NCBI GenBank assembly: GCA_030141605.1 | Contig: JAQGDQ010000120.1 | Span: 310,001-374,000 of the forward strand | Length of the DNA stretch: 64,000 bases | Direction: 5' to 3' | Source of the DNA: Tubiluchus corallicola | Lineage: Eukaryota; Animalia; Priapulida | Shown here: positions 14,801 to 28,100 of the stretch, piece after piece | Position numbering within the stretch: the stretch's first letter is position 1 | Layout of the letters: every line of letters starts with the position of its first letter | Made by a program: the position numbers and the translations under genes | The notes under the pieces: generated by a model | What the model was told of the DNA's origin: nothing | The model's database searches: none | The model's input: the letters and a program-made list of their open reading frames with translations, nothing else

Positions 14801-16827
14801 AATCATGTACAAATCACTCACTTAAACATAAATTGTTTGCTGTACTAGCAAAAGATTTTTATAAGTAAGCAGTATTTCAGAGGCAAAATGAGTAGTGAGC
14901 TATTAATTTTTTGGGTGCACAATTAAGCAGCGCTGGGTCTGATCAGCAACATGTTGGATGAGTTCTAGATGCTGCTTTTGCGTAGTTTCGTCTACCGTAT
15001 TGCTCCAGTTATTTCTTTCAAGTGGGAGTTATTAGACTAATTAGAATTGGTATAGATTTAGACACACATAATACTGATAGCAAAATGAGATGACACATGA
15101 CAAAAAAACTTAGAAGTAAATCGTATTTGAAGCCAGTAAACAGTGTTAGATTAGTTGGAATTGTAAAGCTGTGGGGTTGCTTTATTGTTATGAATGCAAC
15201 AGTTTTTCATTGTTCCTCATGTCTATTGATTCCTTTTTTGTCTAGAGCTTACTTTGGTGTCTAGTCGTGGCTCCCTACACCTGTTTTTTTGACAAAAACT
15301 ATACGTTTTTTTCTTTGTCTGATTCTGCTTGTGTTTAGCAGTTGCATATTTAGTCATACATAGGCAGCCATATATTTGATTTGTAATACGTATAAATACA
15401 GATAAATCATTGTTCTGTAGGTGGTTCGTTGGCAGATTTTGAAGAAGCGGAAAACTATTATAAAGAAGCTGCCACCATGGAAATGAAGGGATCTGCCGAC
15501 TGCGGTTTCCCCACGTCTGATTTTCCCTCTTTACGCAAGGAGTACTTGGATGTCTTGCAAAGACTAAAAAAGATGGACCTGTACCAAAAAGTTTACAAAT
15601 TGTTTATGGTATGTTGGTAACAATTGTAGAAATAAAAAAAGGTTAAGATTTCGTAAGCAAATGTGAGGAAAGCCTTCAGGATGTCAAAGGCCTTTGTACT
15701 AAAATTTTCTTTTTCTTTTAGTTTATGTAATCCATTGGTCATACCATTTAGTTGTCAACCTGATACCAATTGTTTGTCTTTCTTATCACAAATTGGTGGC
15801 TATAGGCAGGATTAGTATGTATGTTATGGATGAGAAATCAGTTAGACGTTGCTCTTTGTATATGTGAACTTACACTCAGAAGGTCATAGTTTCAAATCTA
15901 TCATGAATAACAATTTTTTGTTGCTTTCTGTATTTTAGCATTTAAGCACTACTCTGGCAGTTCATAGCACTAGTTTTTTACTCCATGACTGTGTTATTGT
16001 TATTAATAAAGAATAATCACCACGATTACTATGTAGTTACAGTAAAATCAGACGAAAATCTGTCAAAAATGTAAAATCTCAGTAAATCTCTCATTAAATA
16101 AATTTATTTTAATATGGTAAATTAAAAGTCATTAACTTATTCTCATTTATTGATCAGTTTATATCAGCTAAAACCCATATACAAACATATACACATATAA
16201 AACAAAATTTAAACTATAGCACACCCATAATGTAACACACTTAACTATAATGCCCGTGACTTCTCTATTAAGGATTTTGACAAGAAACAAAGTCAAAAAG
16301 AGCACCAGGAAGCTAAGAAGGTCAAAGGTAATGACTCCAACAGCAGTGACAATTTGCCATCGTCATCACCATCATCGTCGTCATCGTCATCTGCATCTGC
16401 ATCTCCGTGCTCTGACAGGAAACAGTCGACTTCCAACTCAGATGAAGATCCTCAGGAACATGTTTTTAAGTTAGCTGAAGGTCAAAATAACTCTGGTAAT
16501 ATTCTTTAACCCTGTTAATTATCCTAATCAGAATATTGATCTTGTGACAATAGAAAGCTGAACTGAGATTAAATAACTTTAATCAAGACTAGAGTTCGAC
16601 ATATGAAAATTGCTTAACGTTACATAAGATTCAGTACAAATCTGTTGTTTTGAATTATCCCCTTTTCATTGACCTGCATTAGTGCAGCTTCATCTAGATC
16701 ACCTGTTATATTTTCATGGTATGCATTATACATTTTTAATATGTTTATTGCAGGTGACCTACCCTCAAATGAAGATACGGTAACCAAGGAAGGCAGTGAG
16801 AACATGTGGGGTTGTTATCTCAGTTAA
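2806..16827 (+). CDS. DED-like / NB-ARC (STAND) NTPase / TPR protein with C-terminal CaaX, ~986 aa, 18 coding exons
   Basis: GT-AG exons with consistent phases: 2806-2960, 3572-3701, 5273-5426, 5897-5996, 6100-6215, 6834-6961, 7233-7397, 7693-7928, 8269-8401, 8985-9180, 10020-10214, 10501-10674, 11079-11336, 13775-13908, 14512-14713, 15421-15608, 16273-16495, 16754-16827 (2961 nt). Motifs in NB-ARC order: FVGRQNEL, Walker A GMWGVGKS, Walker B TIVYLDNVDE, sensor-1 LLLTSR, GLPL-like CGNHPLSL, LSIF..WFD, MHD-like YCLHT. TPR-like repeats follow (ARVLNHRGHVYHDLGK; ALNIRQRYLPQNHPDISRAVIYVGQIYYDMG). An in-frame TAA lies upstream of ATG 2806. Confidence 0.88.
3861..4787. mobile_element. Non-autonomous Tc1/mariner-pogo (Tigger-like) element / MITE, 927 bp
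   Basis: 25-bp TIRs CTGTAGGCACCGCTTAATAGACTCA vs CAGTTGGCACCGCTTAATAGACTCA (2 mismatches), TA on both flanks, and subterminal GAGTCAATTA repeats; lies in an intron of the NTPase gene. Confidence 0.85.
11900..13400 (-). mobile_element. Decayed non-LTR retrotransposon (RT fragment)
   Basis: VSNGIPQGVVLFPLLFCIYFD..L (RT PQG motif) followed by a frameshifted YADD-like segment, with upstream LLDAS-type remnants and many stops. Boundaries approximate. Confidence 0.75.
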
Positions 16828-17410
16828 TGTGCACTTCACACTTTTGCCTTATAATTTCGTCGGCAAAAAGCTTCATTGTGCTTTGAATTAATTGATTAAT
16901 TGAATGTAATTCTAGAAATGTTCTTTGATAGTAATAATGCTAATAATAATTTATGCAGCTATTTGCTTTATGAAATCAAGTGAAATTATGAACTACTTGA
17001 TTTTGTACATATGCATGGGACCCTATCGGACATTCAGAAAAGATAAGAAATAGCAGGAAATTTGAGTTTACTAGATCTACAGGATCTAGTTTTACAGGAA
17101 TTATATCAAGTGCACTAGAAAAAACATTATGTACTGAAATCCATGTTTAATAACTTTTGCAAGTCAAGTTTAATAATAACGATGTTTATAATATTAATAA
17201 TAATAATAGTAATGACGATACAATGATAGTAATAATAATAATATCGACTCGGCAGAAAAATTATTCTTATTTGAAGGAGAGTCTTAGAAAACTATGACAT
17301 TTACATTGTTACTATGGCAAGATACGCAAATTTGAATAAACCTTACATTTAAATAACTAGTGCCAATGGTCTAGTAAATTGAGAGGTTAGCAGTGTTAAG
17401 TAACATGTTA

Positions 17411-17579
<169 letters not shown>

Positions 17580-18504
17580 ACTAGCTTTACTTTAAACAAA
17601 AGAAAAGTATTTTAGAAATAATTATGCTGACGTAAGCCCAAAGAATGCTGCATTACTCACCAAAAATAAACAGGCTATAAATTAATAATGCAGATAGTTA
17701 TGACGGCCCTGGTACTTGATAAATATCAGAGATAATCCTCTAAAATGACACTGAAGACTGAAGTGTTTAGTTTTTTTATTTTTATTTTAGTCATAGTGTA
17801 CTCCCAAAATTTGGGTATTAATGGTCCATAGTGAATTAGTGATTGTAGTGACAATTAAAAGCTGTTGTGCCACAAAAAATCTCGCTAAAGAAAATTCTGA
17901 ACACCATGTTCAGCCATGTTCACCATTTTCCTTTGAGTTTACATTAGGTTTATTTCTTTTCACGGTAGTGGCACTTTTACTTTCACAAAAGAACGTTATG
18001 CATCAGTCTTATCATCAGCTCCAGCAATAACCTGTTGCCAGTCCTACGTCTGCTCCAAAATTTATCAGTTGGTACTCTTAGTTCTCTCAGATGTTCTACA
18101 AGAGAACGCTACTGAAATGTACTGTTGTATGACTAACCAAATGGTGAAGTGAACATGAGAAGAAGATTTTACCCCTCGAAGCCGAGTGTACCCACGTCTA
18201 GAATTTTATCTGGACCATCATATAGGTGAAGGTCAAAATGATTGATGATAGACTGAATACAAGTTCCACTTCTGAATATTCTAGACAAATTGACCATCAC
18301 TTCTTTGTTAAGATCCTTGTTCATGCTGAAGTATTACTCTAAAATACACTTCGCATCTGCCCGATGAGCCTTTAATCCACCAGTTACATTGTGATGTATG
18401 CACCAGATTGACATAATCGGGGACTATGGCATGGTAAAGTTTCGTTATTTTAAAACTGTTCACAATAATTTTTTACAAACATGTTCTATCTTTTTTTATG
18501 TAAG

Positions 18505-21500
18505 TTATCGCAGCTGTTCTGGTATATTTCTGATGTCTTTCAGTTTGACAAGATCTTCAGCTGTTTCCTTTTTTCTATATGCAAAACAGATAAGACTCTC
18601 GTCGATTTCTTCTACTTTGGTCGGTCCTGCAATAAGAATTTGACAACTTTTATGTTATCTTGATTGTTATCACCACAGTGGTAGAAATGTATATGTTCAA
18701 ATGGTAAACACCTGGGTGGCTAATTCAAACATACCAGTAATAAAGCTCACAGGTAAACCCACAAGAATGGTTACCATGACTCCAATCGCTGTGTTATATA
18801 AGTAGGAGATTGAGTAAAAGTACTTGACCAGTCCAGACCTGAAAGTAAATTCTAATTAGGCAGATTTGCTGTTATAAATTTTGCAGAATGCTATTTATTT
18901 CTAGTATCTGTTAACAATGGTACAACACATTTGCAAATATCAATTGCTAAATCAGTTTAACTAAATGATTTTACCTGATTTTTTCTTGTATTTATATTAA
19001 TTATACATGTTTTTGTTGTTATGTTATTTATATGGGCTTGTCCTGGAATGAAACGTTACTTATTTATTTACTTTAACACAGTAGTTTTGCACAATGGCCG
19101 ATTTTGCATGCAAGACAGTACAAGCTTTTCTTTACACTCTCGTCACATTTTACATTTTACATTTTTATAAAAGAACATGGCAGCAGCATGTAGTATGCTG
19201 GCCATAAAATACAATATAAAATAATTTACAATCGTAGTTATAAATCAGATACACGTGTACTAAAAATTTTATCATCAAACGAAAATCTAAAATGGAGGGA
19301 GACAATAGTAAAGAAAAAATATCTTGCATAAAACGATTAAAATGGCAGTAGTTTAAAAAGTTGCAGTTTGCTATTCTGATGCTGAAACTGGCGATGTGTC
19401 AGATCACGGATAACATGGAACAGCTAAATTAACTATGGTATTTTCATTGTATCTTAGTGATTTAGAAGCAATTTTGCGAGTTGAAGAAGTAGATCCGGTC
19501 TTACTTGTTGTTACTACTTTGTTTGTTAATGTTCATCGTGATTTAATTTTAATGAGTAATTCCAAACAAGGTTTGCAAAACCTGCTAAGTGAATATTGCA
19601 GGAAATGGAAACGGGCAGTAAATGCTTCTAAAACAAAGATCTTAATATTTGAGAAATGAACCACTGTAGTACCTGAACAAATGCCTTTGTACTATAAGTC
19701 TATATTGGTGGCATATGTTAAAACACTGTACGGGATATAAATGTCTAGGAGTATAGATTACTAAAAATTGATACTTCAAGAAGACAATAGGTCACTGGAT
19801 ATGCCAAGGCAACAAAGCCGAGGTTACAGTTCACAGTAATAAAAAACATTTGGATGTTTTGACGTCAGTTTAGCAATGTCGATGTTTGATATTTACGTTA
19901 AACATATCCTTGATTATGGATGCGAAGTTGAGGAATAAAAAGAATTTGATAACTTAGAAAGGGCATGCTTAAAATACTACAAATCAGTGTCAGGAGTAAA
20001 GAAATCAACACCTAAACCAGCGTTAAGTAGTGACTGTGCTTAGTTTCACTACCAGATAATAGACTGCAAGGAAGCTTATATTTTGTCTAAACAATATAAT
20101 TTACCGTGGTATCTAGCGCTAACAAAAATACTATCTGATATTAATCTAGTGTTTTTATTCGAAAATGATAGCGCCATTGCATATGAATACTTTGTATATT
20201 GCTGAAGGAAGGTTACAAGCAAGCAATGTTACCAATTGGAAAAATTTACTAGACGAAATGTCAGAGTTATCCTTTTATAGTGATTTTAAAACTTCTTTTA
20301 AATTTGAGTCTTATTTGGTAAATGTAAAAAATGTTAAAGATCGTATTGCATTGACTAAACTTAGAACAAGCGCTCATTCACTGTCTATAGAAAACTGGGC
20401 GGTATATAAGACCTCGAGAGGAGCGTCTATGTGCCAAGTGTAACGAAGTCGGCGACTAATGCCATTTTATTTTGCTCTAACCATAATTTAAATATTAAAT
20501 AATAATTTAATATTAATGCAATTTAAATACCCTTACCCTAATCCGCTTCATGAATTAAATTTCTTGTGTGTGGAAATTGTAAACTTAGGCCGAATAAAAC
20601 TATGGTAAACTACTTCAGCCACTAGTTTAAAGAACTTATGGAAAGATTGCACTTTATACAATACGACTGTGTAAAAAAACAGCGTAGAAACTAAAAACGC
20701 AGTGTTTATACAACAGTGTAAACTTTTTACTCCTTTTCTTAATCAGATTTTTCTAATTCCTACGTACGCATCGTCCTCTGTTGGCAGTGCAGTTGTGGGC
20801 AGTGTGATGTTTTCATAACAACCATCTACTGAAGTTGGTAAATATGGTGGTACGATGTAGCTTCTATTAAAGGTTGCACCAACACCCATCCACAAACCTA
20901 TTCCAATTGCAGTGAATGTGCCCACTAACGCCCCCTAGGTGAAAGTATTTTTCCATGTGAGACAATTATCACACGTACAAAATAAATATGACAGGTATAC
21001 AGAATTAAAATTATATTGACGTAAAATACTATTGTTTTGATCAGTTTAGCTTAGTTTAGTTATGCTAACCTCTCAATAGCTGCTAATACTTGTAGGATAA
21101 TAGGAAATGTTACTTTGCTAATACATAATGTTTGCTGAACGCAAAATCAGCTTTAAAAGTGTCATATAAATGTCATAATACAAAGATAAAAATACATACT
21201 TTCCAATTTGACCAAGGGAAGAATATCGCTAATGTAAATAACCCAAGAATAGGTCCTCCAAAGGATCCATTTATTAACACAGTTACCTATAAAAGAAATT
21301 TACATGTCTGTAATTCTTTTATATTTTAGATCTACGTTAGAATTACACTAATATGTCGCCAACGTTTAACTTACATGTATTGATTTTATTATTGCTGTTA
21401 GGCATTTAGGCAGCTCACGGCAGTTGGGCATAATTTCCTTTCAACCTAATTGTGTGCAGTTTGGCTAGCTTTCTCACTGGCCTCATAGGATATATAATGC

Positions 21501-24500
21501 CGCTTCAAAACAACTTTTATAGGGTTATTTATTTTTTACAACACTAGCATGAACATTTCAGTACCTGAATGACGCCTTCTGCTCCGCCCATCAAGAATGC
21601 AGCGCCGATACTAATAACTCCGTACAAAACGGCCAATAATTTTACAACTTTTGTTTTATTCCTTTCTTCCATATATCCAAATTTTGATTTCAGCATGTCT
21701 TCCCATGTTACTGCGGAAAGAGAATTTAGTGCGGAAGAAACTGTACTGAAAAGGAATTAGAAAAATAGATTTCAGTTTGAACTCCTGTATGCTTTAACAT
21801 ATTTTTATCGACTTGCTAGTGATCTTCCCTTTTTTATCTTACTGCGGTCAAACTCCATTCTATCTGCTTGTGGGCAGCATGTTATAATTTAACTCTGGAT
21901 TCTCAGATTACTAAGTGTGTATGTTCACATTTGTAAATATATAATATAAAATATTATTATTTAAACATTTATAGTAAAATAATATGAATATTTAAAAAAG
22001 TAGCATGTTTTAGAAATCAAAACGTCAACTGGCAACGAATTTGATTCCTGTCGCCATTTTGAAAGAGTGGCATCTTGTAATTCCTAATGTCATTCAAAAA
22101 TAACTGCACGTTCTTTGCTAGTATCCAGTATTTGTCTCTGATTTTAGCATTCAGACAAAACTTAATCCAGTCTTTATTAACGATGATTTTTTAAATGCAC
22201 CGAGGTTACGAAACAATGCAATTACCCTTTTTTATATTACAAGATGTTAGAATGTTTTTCGTACCCTCAAGCTGCATATGATGGCTATGATACACCAAAA
22301 CGTTTAGCTCATGGAGTACGCTGCAGCGTCTCGGAGCGGGAAAGAACGTATATATTGTCAATGAACGATGAAACCAGAGATTTCGCAACGGACGCTGAAA
22401 GCTCCCTATTTTTTTAGTGTTTCGTCTGCTGCTCAACTAGCCGGTGGTGCTAGGCCTCCGAAATGAAATCTACTAAAAAACGTGGAAAGAAAAAACTCTA
22501 AAAATAAATTCGAGGTCGTCCATTTTCTTTTTCTTCGAAGAAAATAGAGATTAGTCACCAGACTGTTTGTTGTTAACTTACTACTACCCAGCGAATGGTA
22601 GACGCTGGACTATGGAAGCGAACAGCCAGACACTGGAAGCTAAAAACGCCAGATTCTGGACGCTTTGGTGTATCATAGGCTGTAGAATCACTTAACTGAT
22701 GACTCATTGGAAGTTCGAGTTTTGTTTGCGCTAAAAATCAAAAAAGTGTCATCTATTTAACAATTATATTCTTAAAGAAACAGAGAAATAAGGTCTCTTT
22801 CAACGAAACAAGAATAGAGTCATTCTTGGGACTTATTCTTGCACTGAATCGAAGTTCTAAAATCTCTGCTGTTTACCAAAGGGTTTTCAAAGGACTTCAT
22901 CGACGGTTATTTATATACGGGTAATCATTAAAATTCGATATGTACTCACCTAAGTGTCCCGCTGCATAACACTGCTAAGAACACTCCAGGTACACCAGGC
23001 CATCTTAGTACTTCCATTACAAAATACGGCAAAATCTACATAGATTATATGATTTTAAGTTCTATAGGCCTAAGCAATATAAAAACAAATGCAGGTATTT
23101 CTCGTAGCGACAGAGCACTTTGGTGCATTTTTTCATGGAGTAAACGACACATTCACTTCCTAGCTTATCACTTATGTCCAGTCATTCACTCTCTCACTTA
23201 TTCGTTTAGTTGTTCTTTCACTCACTCACCTCTTTTACTCACTGACTCACTTGTACGTTGTTTCTTAATTGCATTGTAGGTGTATTCATTAATTGACTAC
23301 TTCATCTTTCATTCATTTTCTTCCTCTTTTATTGTTAATTCACCAAGTCTTTACCAAAGAATTACCTGATCTTTTCTGTCTATATAACCTGCTGCTAATG
23401 GATCGCAGTCAACGTAATAAGCGTACATGACAAGGCCACAAAAACCACAAAGCGACGAGATAAAGGGCAAAACCAGAGCATTGATAAAAATAGACCTGCA
23501 AGATAAAGAATATAGATGTATGAAAATTCAAACTACAACATGGTTTACTGCAAATCTCGCACCAATTGCGATTTTGAAAACAATTAGCGCACTAAACCTT
23601 CAATTCATTACTTCCTGATCACCTAGCTTAGTAGTACCGTAATCGTGGGCAAGTTAAGAACTATTTCTTTTATTTTTATTTCGGTTCGTTCCTACATGGC
23701 TTTGAACATTTACAACCTTAATCACCCTATAATGGCATGAAATAGGGAATTCGCTCACTATGTGGTTTTTACTTATGTGTAAATGTTATCTTATTTTATC
23801 GCAACAATGTATTGGGAATTGGCAAATTTGTCCAATCTTTAGTACTGTGGGATTCGTTACATATAGAACAGCGTCCAATATTGAGAAGAAATGCGTAACC
23901 TAACGCAATCTTTTGTGAAATAAACTTGTGCGTATCCCCTAAATCTCTTAAATTATTCTACGGTACTCAATTGTGCTGTAACAAAGTCAGTGGAATGCTC
24001 TTATTGCAACATCATAATTATTCCTACACTTTTCTGTCTCAATGCGAATTCTACTGTAGTTAATGTAGCTTTTTTCGGTTTCCTTTGTCCTAAATATACT
24101 CCTACCTGAAAAACTCTTTTTAGTTTGCTTGAGATGACTATGCAAATCGACCAATTTGAAATGCACCACAGTTTTACTACAGACAAACTTATGAGAGCAT
24201 TAAGTCTGTAACTTAAGGCAAAAGCACTTTTCCAGGGGCACTTTAGTGATAAGTTCTTACATTTGAGCTCGTTTTAAGGTTGGCATACTGCAGCACCGTT
24301 GTACCATAGGTTGACTAGTGCCATAAGCCGGCAGCCAATAGAAAAAGAGGCCCACAGAAATGCTCCAAAATGATTGGTAAATAGTAGGATCGGGATCAAA
24401 TCTGTAATATAAGCAGTAATTGAGACCGGTAATAATCTTACTGCTAGCAATAGCAAGAAAAATCACAGCTGTAACACACTTGGCACAAAAGAATTAGATA

Positions 24501-25044
24501 AATAATAACAGTATCTAAATTACTATACGTCACCGGTCTTGAAGACCTCTAGTTTGTATACTATTATCTTATTATTTAGATTTCTCATGGGTTCGTAATT
24601 TAAAACCTGGGCATTCAGATTAAATAAAAATTTAATTAACGAATAATAATGAATGATTCTGAATGACTGAGTAGATTCATTTTATTTACTTACAAGTAGC
24701 ATCTGATTACTAGTAATTAAATTTGTCAAGATGCTACATTTCATTTAGCATTAAACCAAATTTGACATGTATATCTATGCAAAAAACGCCATTTATTTTT
24801 GTCATTTATTTTCACGCCACGCTCTATATTATAAAGGTTCTATCCGTCACGAAGCCACTTCATACTGGTACCTGTAAGTAGGAATAGGGTGGGATTATAA
24901 TGTTTCCGGGGTTCAGCAAGAGCTGTTTACCATCTCAGCACCTGTTGCACGGCATGGAGAAGGACAATCTGACAATTCACTTTTTGAATTTATTGTTCTG
25001 CACGTTTCTGACAATTTCTCGGCACCATCGCTGACAGTTCAATA

Positions 25045-25135
<91 letters not shown>

Positions 25136-28100
25136 GTGTGTGTGTATGTGTATGTGTATGTATCCGTCCATATGCATATGCATACGTATATATGTATATA
25201 CACATAATTACATTGATGTATATAGTTCTTACATAAATCCACCTAGGCGTCCACCTTCTTTACTTATCTGCCACACTTCACTGAAGCTTCCAACTTCCAA
25301 AGTACCCTGTAAGAAGGAAGGAAAAAATAGTTGCGTGGTTCTGTAATTAGCATTAAGGATTAATGGACTAACATTTTCACAGACAATAAGTCAGCGTTGG
25401 TTGCTTTTTTCGACTTACCAAAGCGAAAACGAGCAGCAGCCCGCCCAACATGATGACAAATTGAAAGACATCCGTCCAAATGACTGCTTTCAATCCTCCC
25501 TATTAAAAATGAAATAGACCTGCAACCACAAAATCACAATTGATGCCTGCATGTTATGCTTATTGTACAAGAAACAGCGTGCATCTTCTTATATAAAATT
25601 TTAATTTTTATTTTAAAAAATAAGGTATATTTAACGGCGCACTTGAGTATCGAAGATCTATTACTATTTACCTATATTGTTGCAGTGATCTGGTGCATTA
25701 ATTTTGCAGAGTGTAATAAGTTTTCACGACTAAAATATTAGCTTTTGTTCTTTTGTAAGACCTTGTTCTTTGGTCTTTCTGCTGCCAAAAAATCTTAAAT
25801 TTTATAATTCTAGAAACAGGATTTAAAGACTTTTATTGTAAGGGAGTTTGTAATTTGTTTGTTTTGTCACTTACAATTGATGTGTAGAACGTACACACGA
25901 CTCCAACGCTGGTGATAATCATCCATAAATCCAGACCGGTAACTGCATTCACTGCCAAAGATGGGGCGTACAGAACAACCGCCTGGTATAATAGCTAAAA
26001 ATATTCAGATTAACGTCAAAATAGATTTCATGTAAAATGCATTTCTCTTTTTACTAATTCTATAGGCGGCTCTGCAATGTTATACGACCGTTGTTATAAT
26101 ACATACTCTATAAGGCGTTAACGGCCGTCTGCTTTTTATTCACAAAACTTAAAGCAAAATCGAACCCAATCTTAAACTGCAGGTCAAAACAATCTACTCT
26201 TCAAATATTAAAAGGGAACACACTATTTTTTTCAAAAATGACTTGCGTGAAAAAATTATTACCACACAAATACAATTTCGCAAAATGTTAAAGGAAAACC
26301 GGACCCAATTTTAAACTATATTTCAAAACAATCTACCCTTCTTGCGGTAAGTTCTTCGCTGTTACATGCATTTCGTCATTCGCTAGTTAGATTGACACTA
26401 GCGCCTGCATTTCGGAAACGCATTATACAAAAACAGGTACTGTACCTCTCAGTTCAGATGTGTTAGTTGCTGACAAACTACGCACGAGCGACAGCTCATG
26501 CGCGAGCACAGCGGTGAATTTGAAATTTGAATTTTTATCTTAAAATATGCCTAGTTTTAGTACAACACACTGAATATCTTACAGAAGCACTGTACTTCAA
26601 TTTTCGCTTTCGCTAACATGTGCAACACGCTTGTAGAATATTTTTGCTGTTAAAAATTATGTTAGTTTGTGATGTCATCAATCACAAGTCATCAATTGTG
26701 CTCGGCCGCCGTTAATTAAGTTTTTAATCTGTTATTTAATTATCAGAAACGCTTTTGCAATATTAATCGTGTTAAAATGTATACTTCTTATCGGACTTGA
26801 AAATGGGGTAGTATATGAAAAATCATCCTGTCGTTCTTTAAATATAAAGTACGCATCGAAGCAGCATATCATATGCCTAGCAGCGCATCATGTAAATCGC
26901 AAACACACTTTGAAACGTTTTGATACGATTTAACACTTCTTGGCATGACATTGTGCTAGGACATTCTACTATTCACCTTATGCTCCTGACGTTCATAACA
27001 AAAAATAAGGTTAAGAGTAAGGGTAATCCGTAGTGTTTATTGAATTAACAGGACTGATTTTGTCTTACCTCCAGAAAAAATAATCTGTTTACAACCTTCT
27101 CGAAATCTCAGGAATGTAACAGTATAACAACTCGATCCACTGTAGATAACTCAAACCTTCAAATGTCCATTAGAATGCTTCGTTGCATAGACGAAAACGT
27201 GAATGTATTTGTGCAAGCCCTCATTAGTAATGCAATGTAAAAGTTATATAGAATCGTTTACTCTAAGTTTTATACGTTTTTCTGAAACTTAATGGCGGAA
27301 ATACAGAAATATGTCTGATTCGGATACACGAATGACGGTACCAAAGAAGCAACTACGTGCGGAGTGATAATATTTTTTACGCAACACTCTGTGCGCTTTT
27401 AATTACACAAGTAAATCAAAGCTTGTTGTAGTTTCACGGACGTATTTGCCTAACATAAAAATATATACTTTTTTCTGAAACAAAATAAGGAAAATACATA
27501 TCCAATTATGTGAGCAATTTGCCACTAACTCCAGTCAACCGTTTCCATCTTCTTATCCTCATAAATATATTAACAAACTCTACGCAACTACTTACCAACT
27601 GAATAATACTGATAACACAGGCCAAAATTCTGACAGCCTTAGACTTGTATCGTAGCTCTAGGTACTAAAAATAATATAATGATTATTTGTATTGTGACAC
27701 AAATGCAAATACTGTTATATAATACTTATAATAATGATGATGTAAGGCATAATTTTTATTACTACAACAGCAGCAGTAGTAATGACGATAACAAAGATAA
27801 GCGAGAAAAGTAGTTAAATAATTGAAAGTACAGAAATAAGTATTTTAAGTAAAAATGGATAAACAAAATGCAATAATGCAATATTATGATTTAGCATCAG
27901 TACTAACATCAGTACTGATATTAATAAACAGTAACGAAGTTAGAAAGTAGGAAAAATGTTAGGTGTACCTCAAACACGCTGATAATCTTGAGCTCAAAGA
28001 AAACTGGAATGAAAAGAGTGGCTGCAACGACTGCGTTGAATGCTTGCCCCAAGTTTCCGACAATAAATGAAATACCCCTGTAAGGTAAAAACGTAAAACA

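Noticed and set aside
16250-16474. His/Arg-rich ORF as a metal-binding peptide
   Set aside because: Alternative frame of the Ser-rich NTPase exon 16273-16495.
24977-25346. ORFs encoding poly-HI/HT/TY/MC
   Set aside because: Translations of an intronic hexamer microsatellite; the real exon is 25306-25233 on the - strand.
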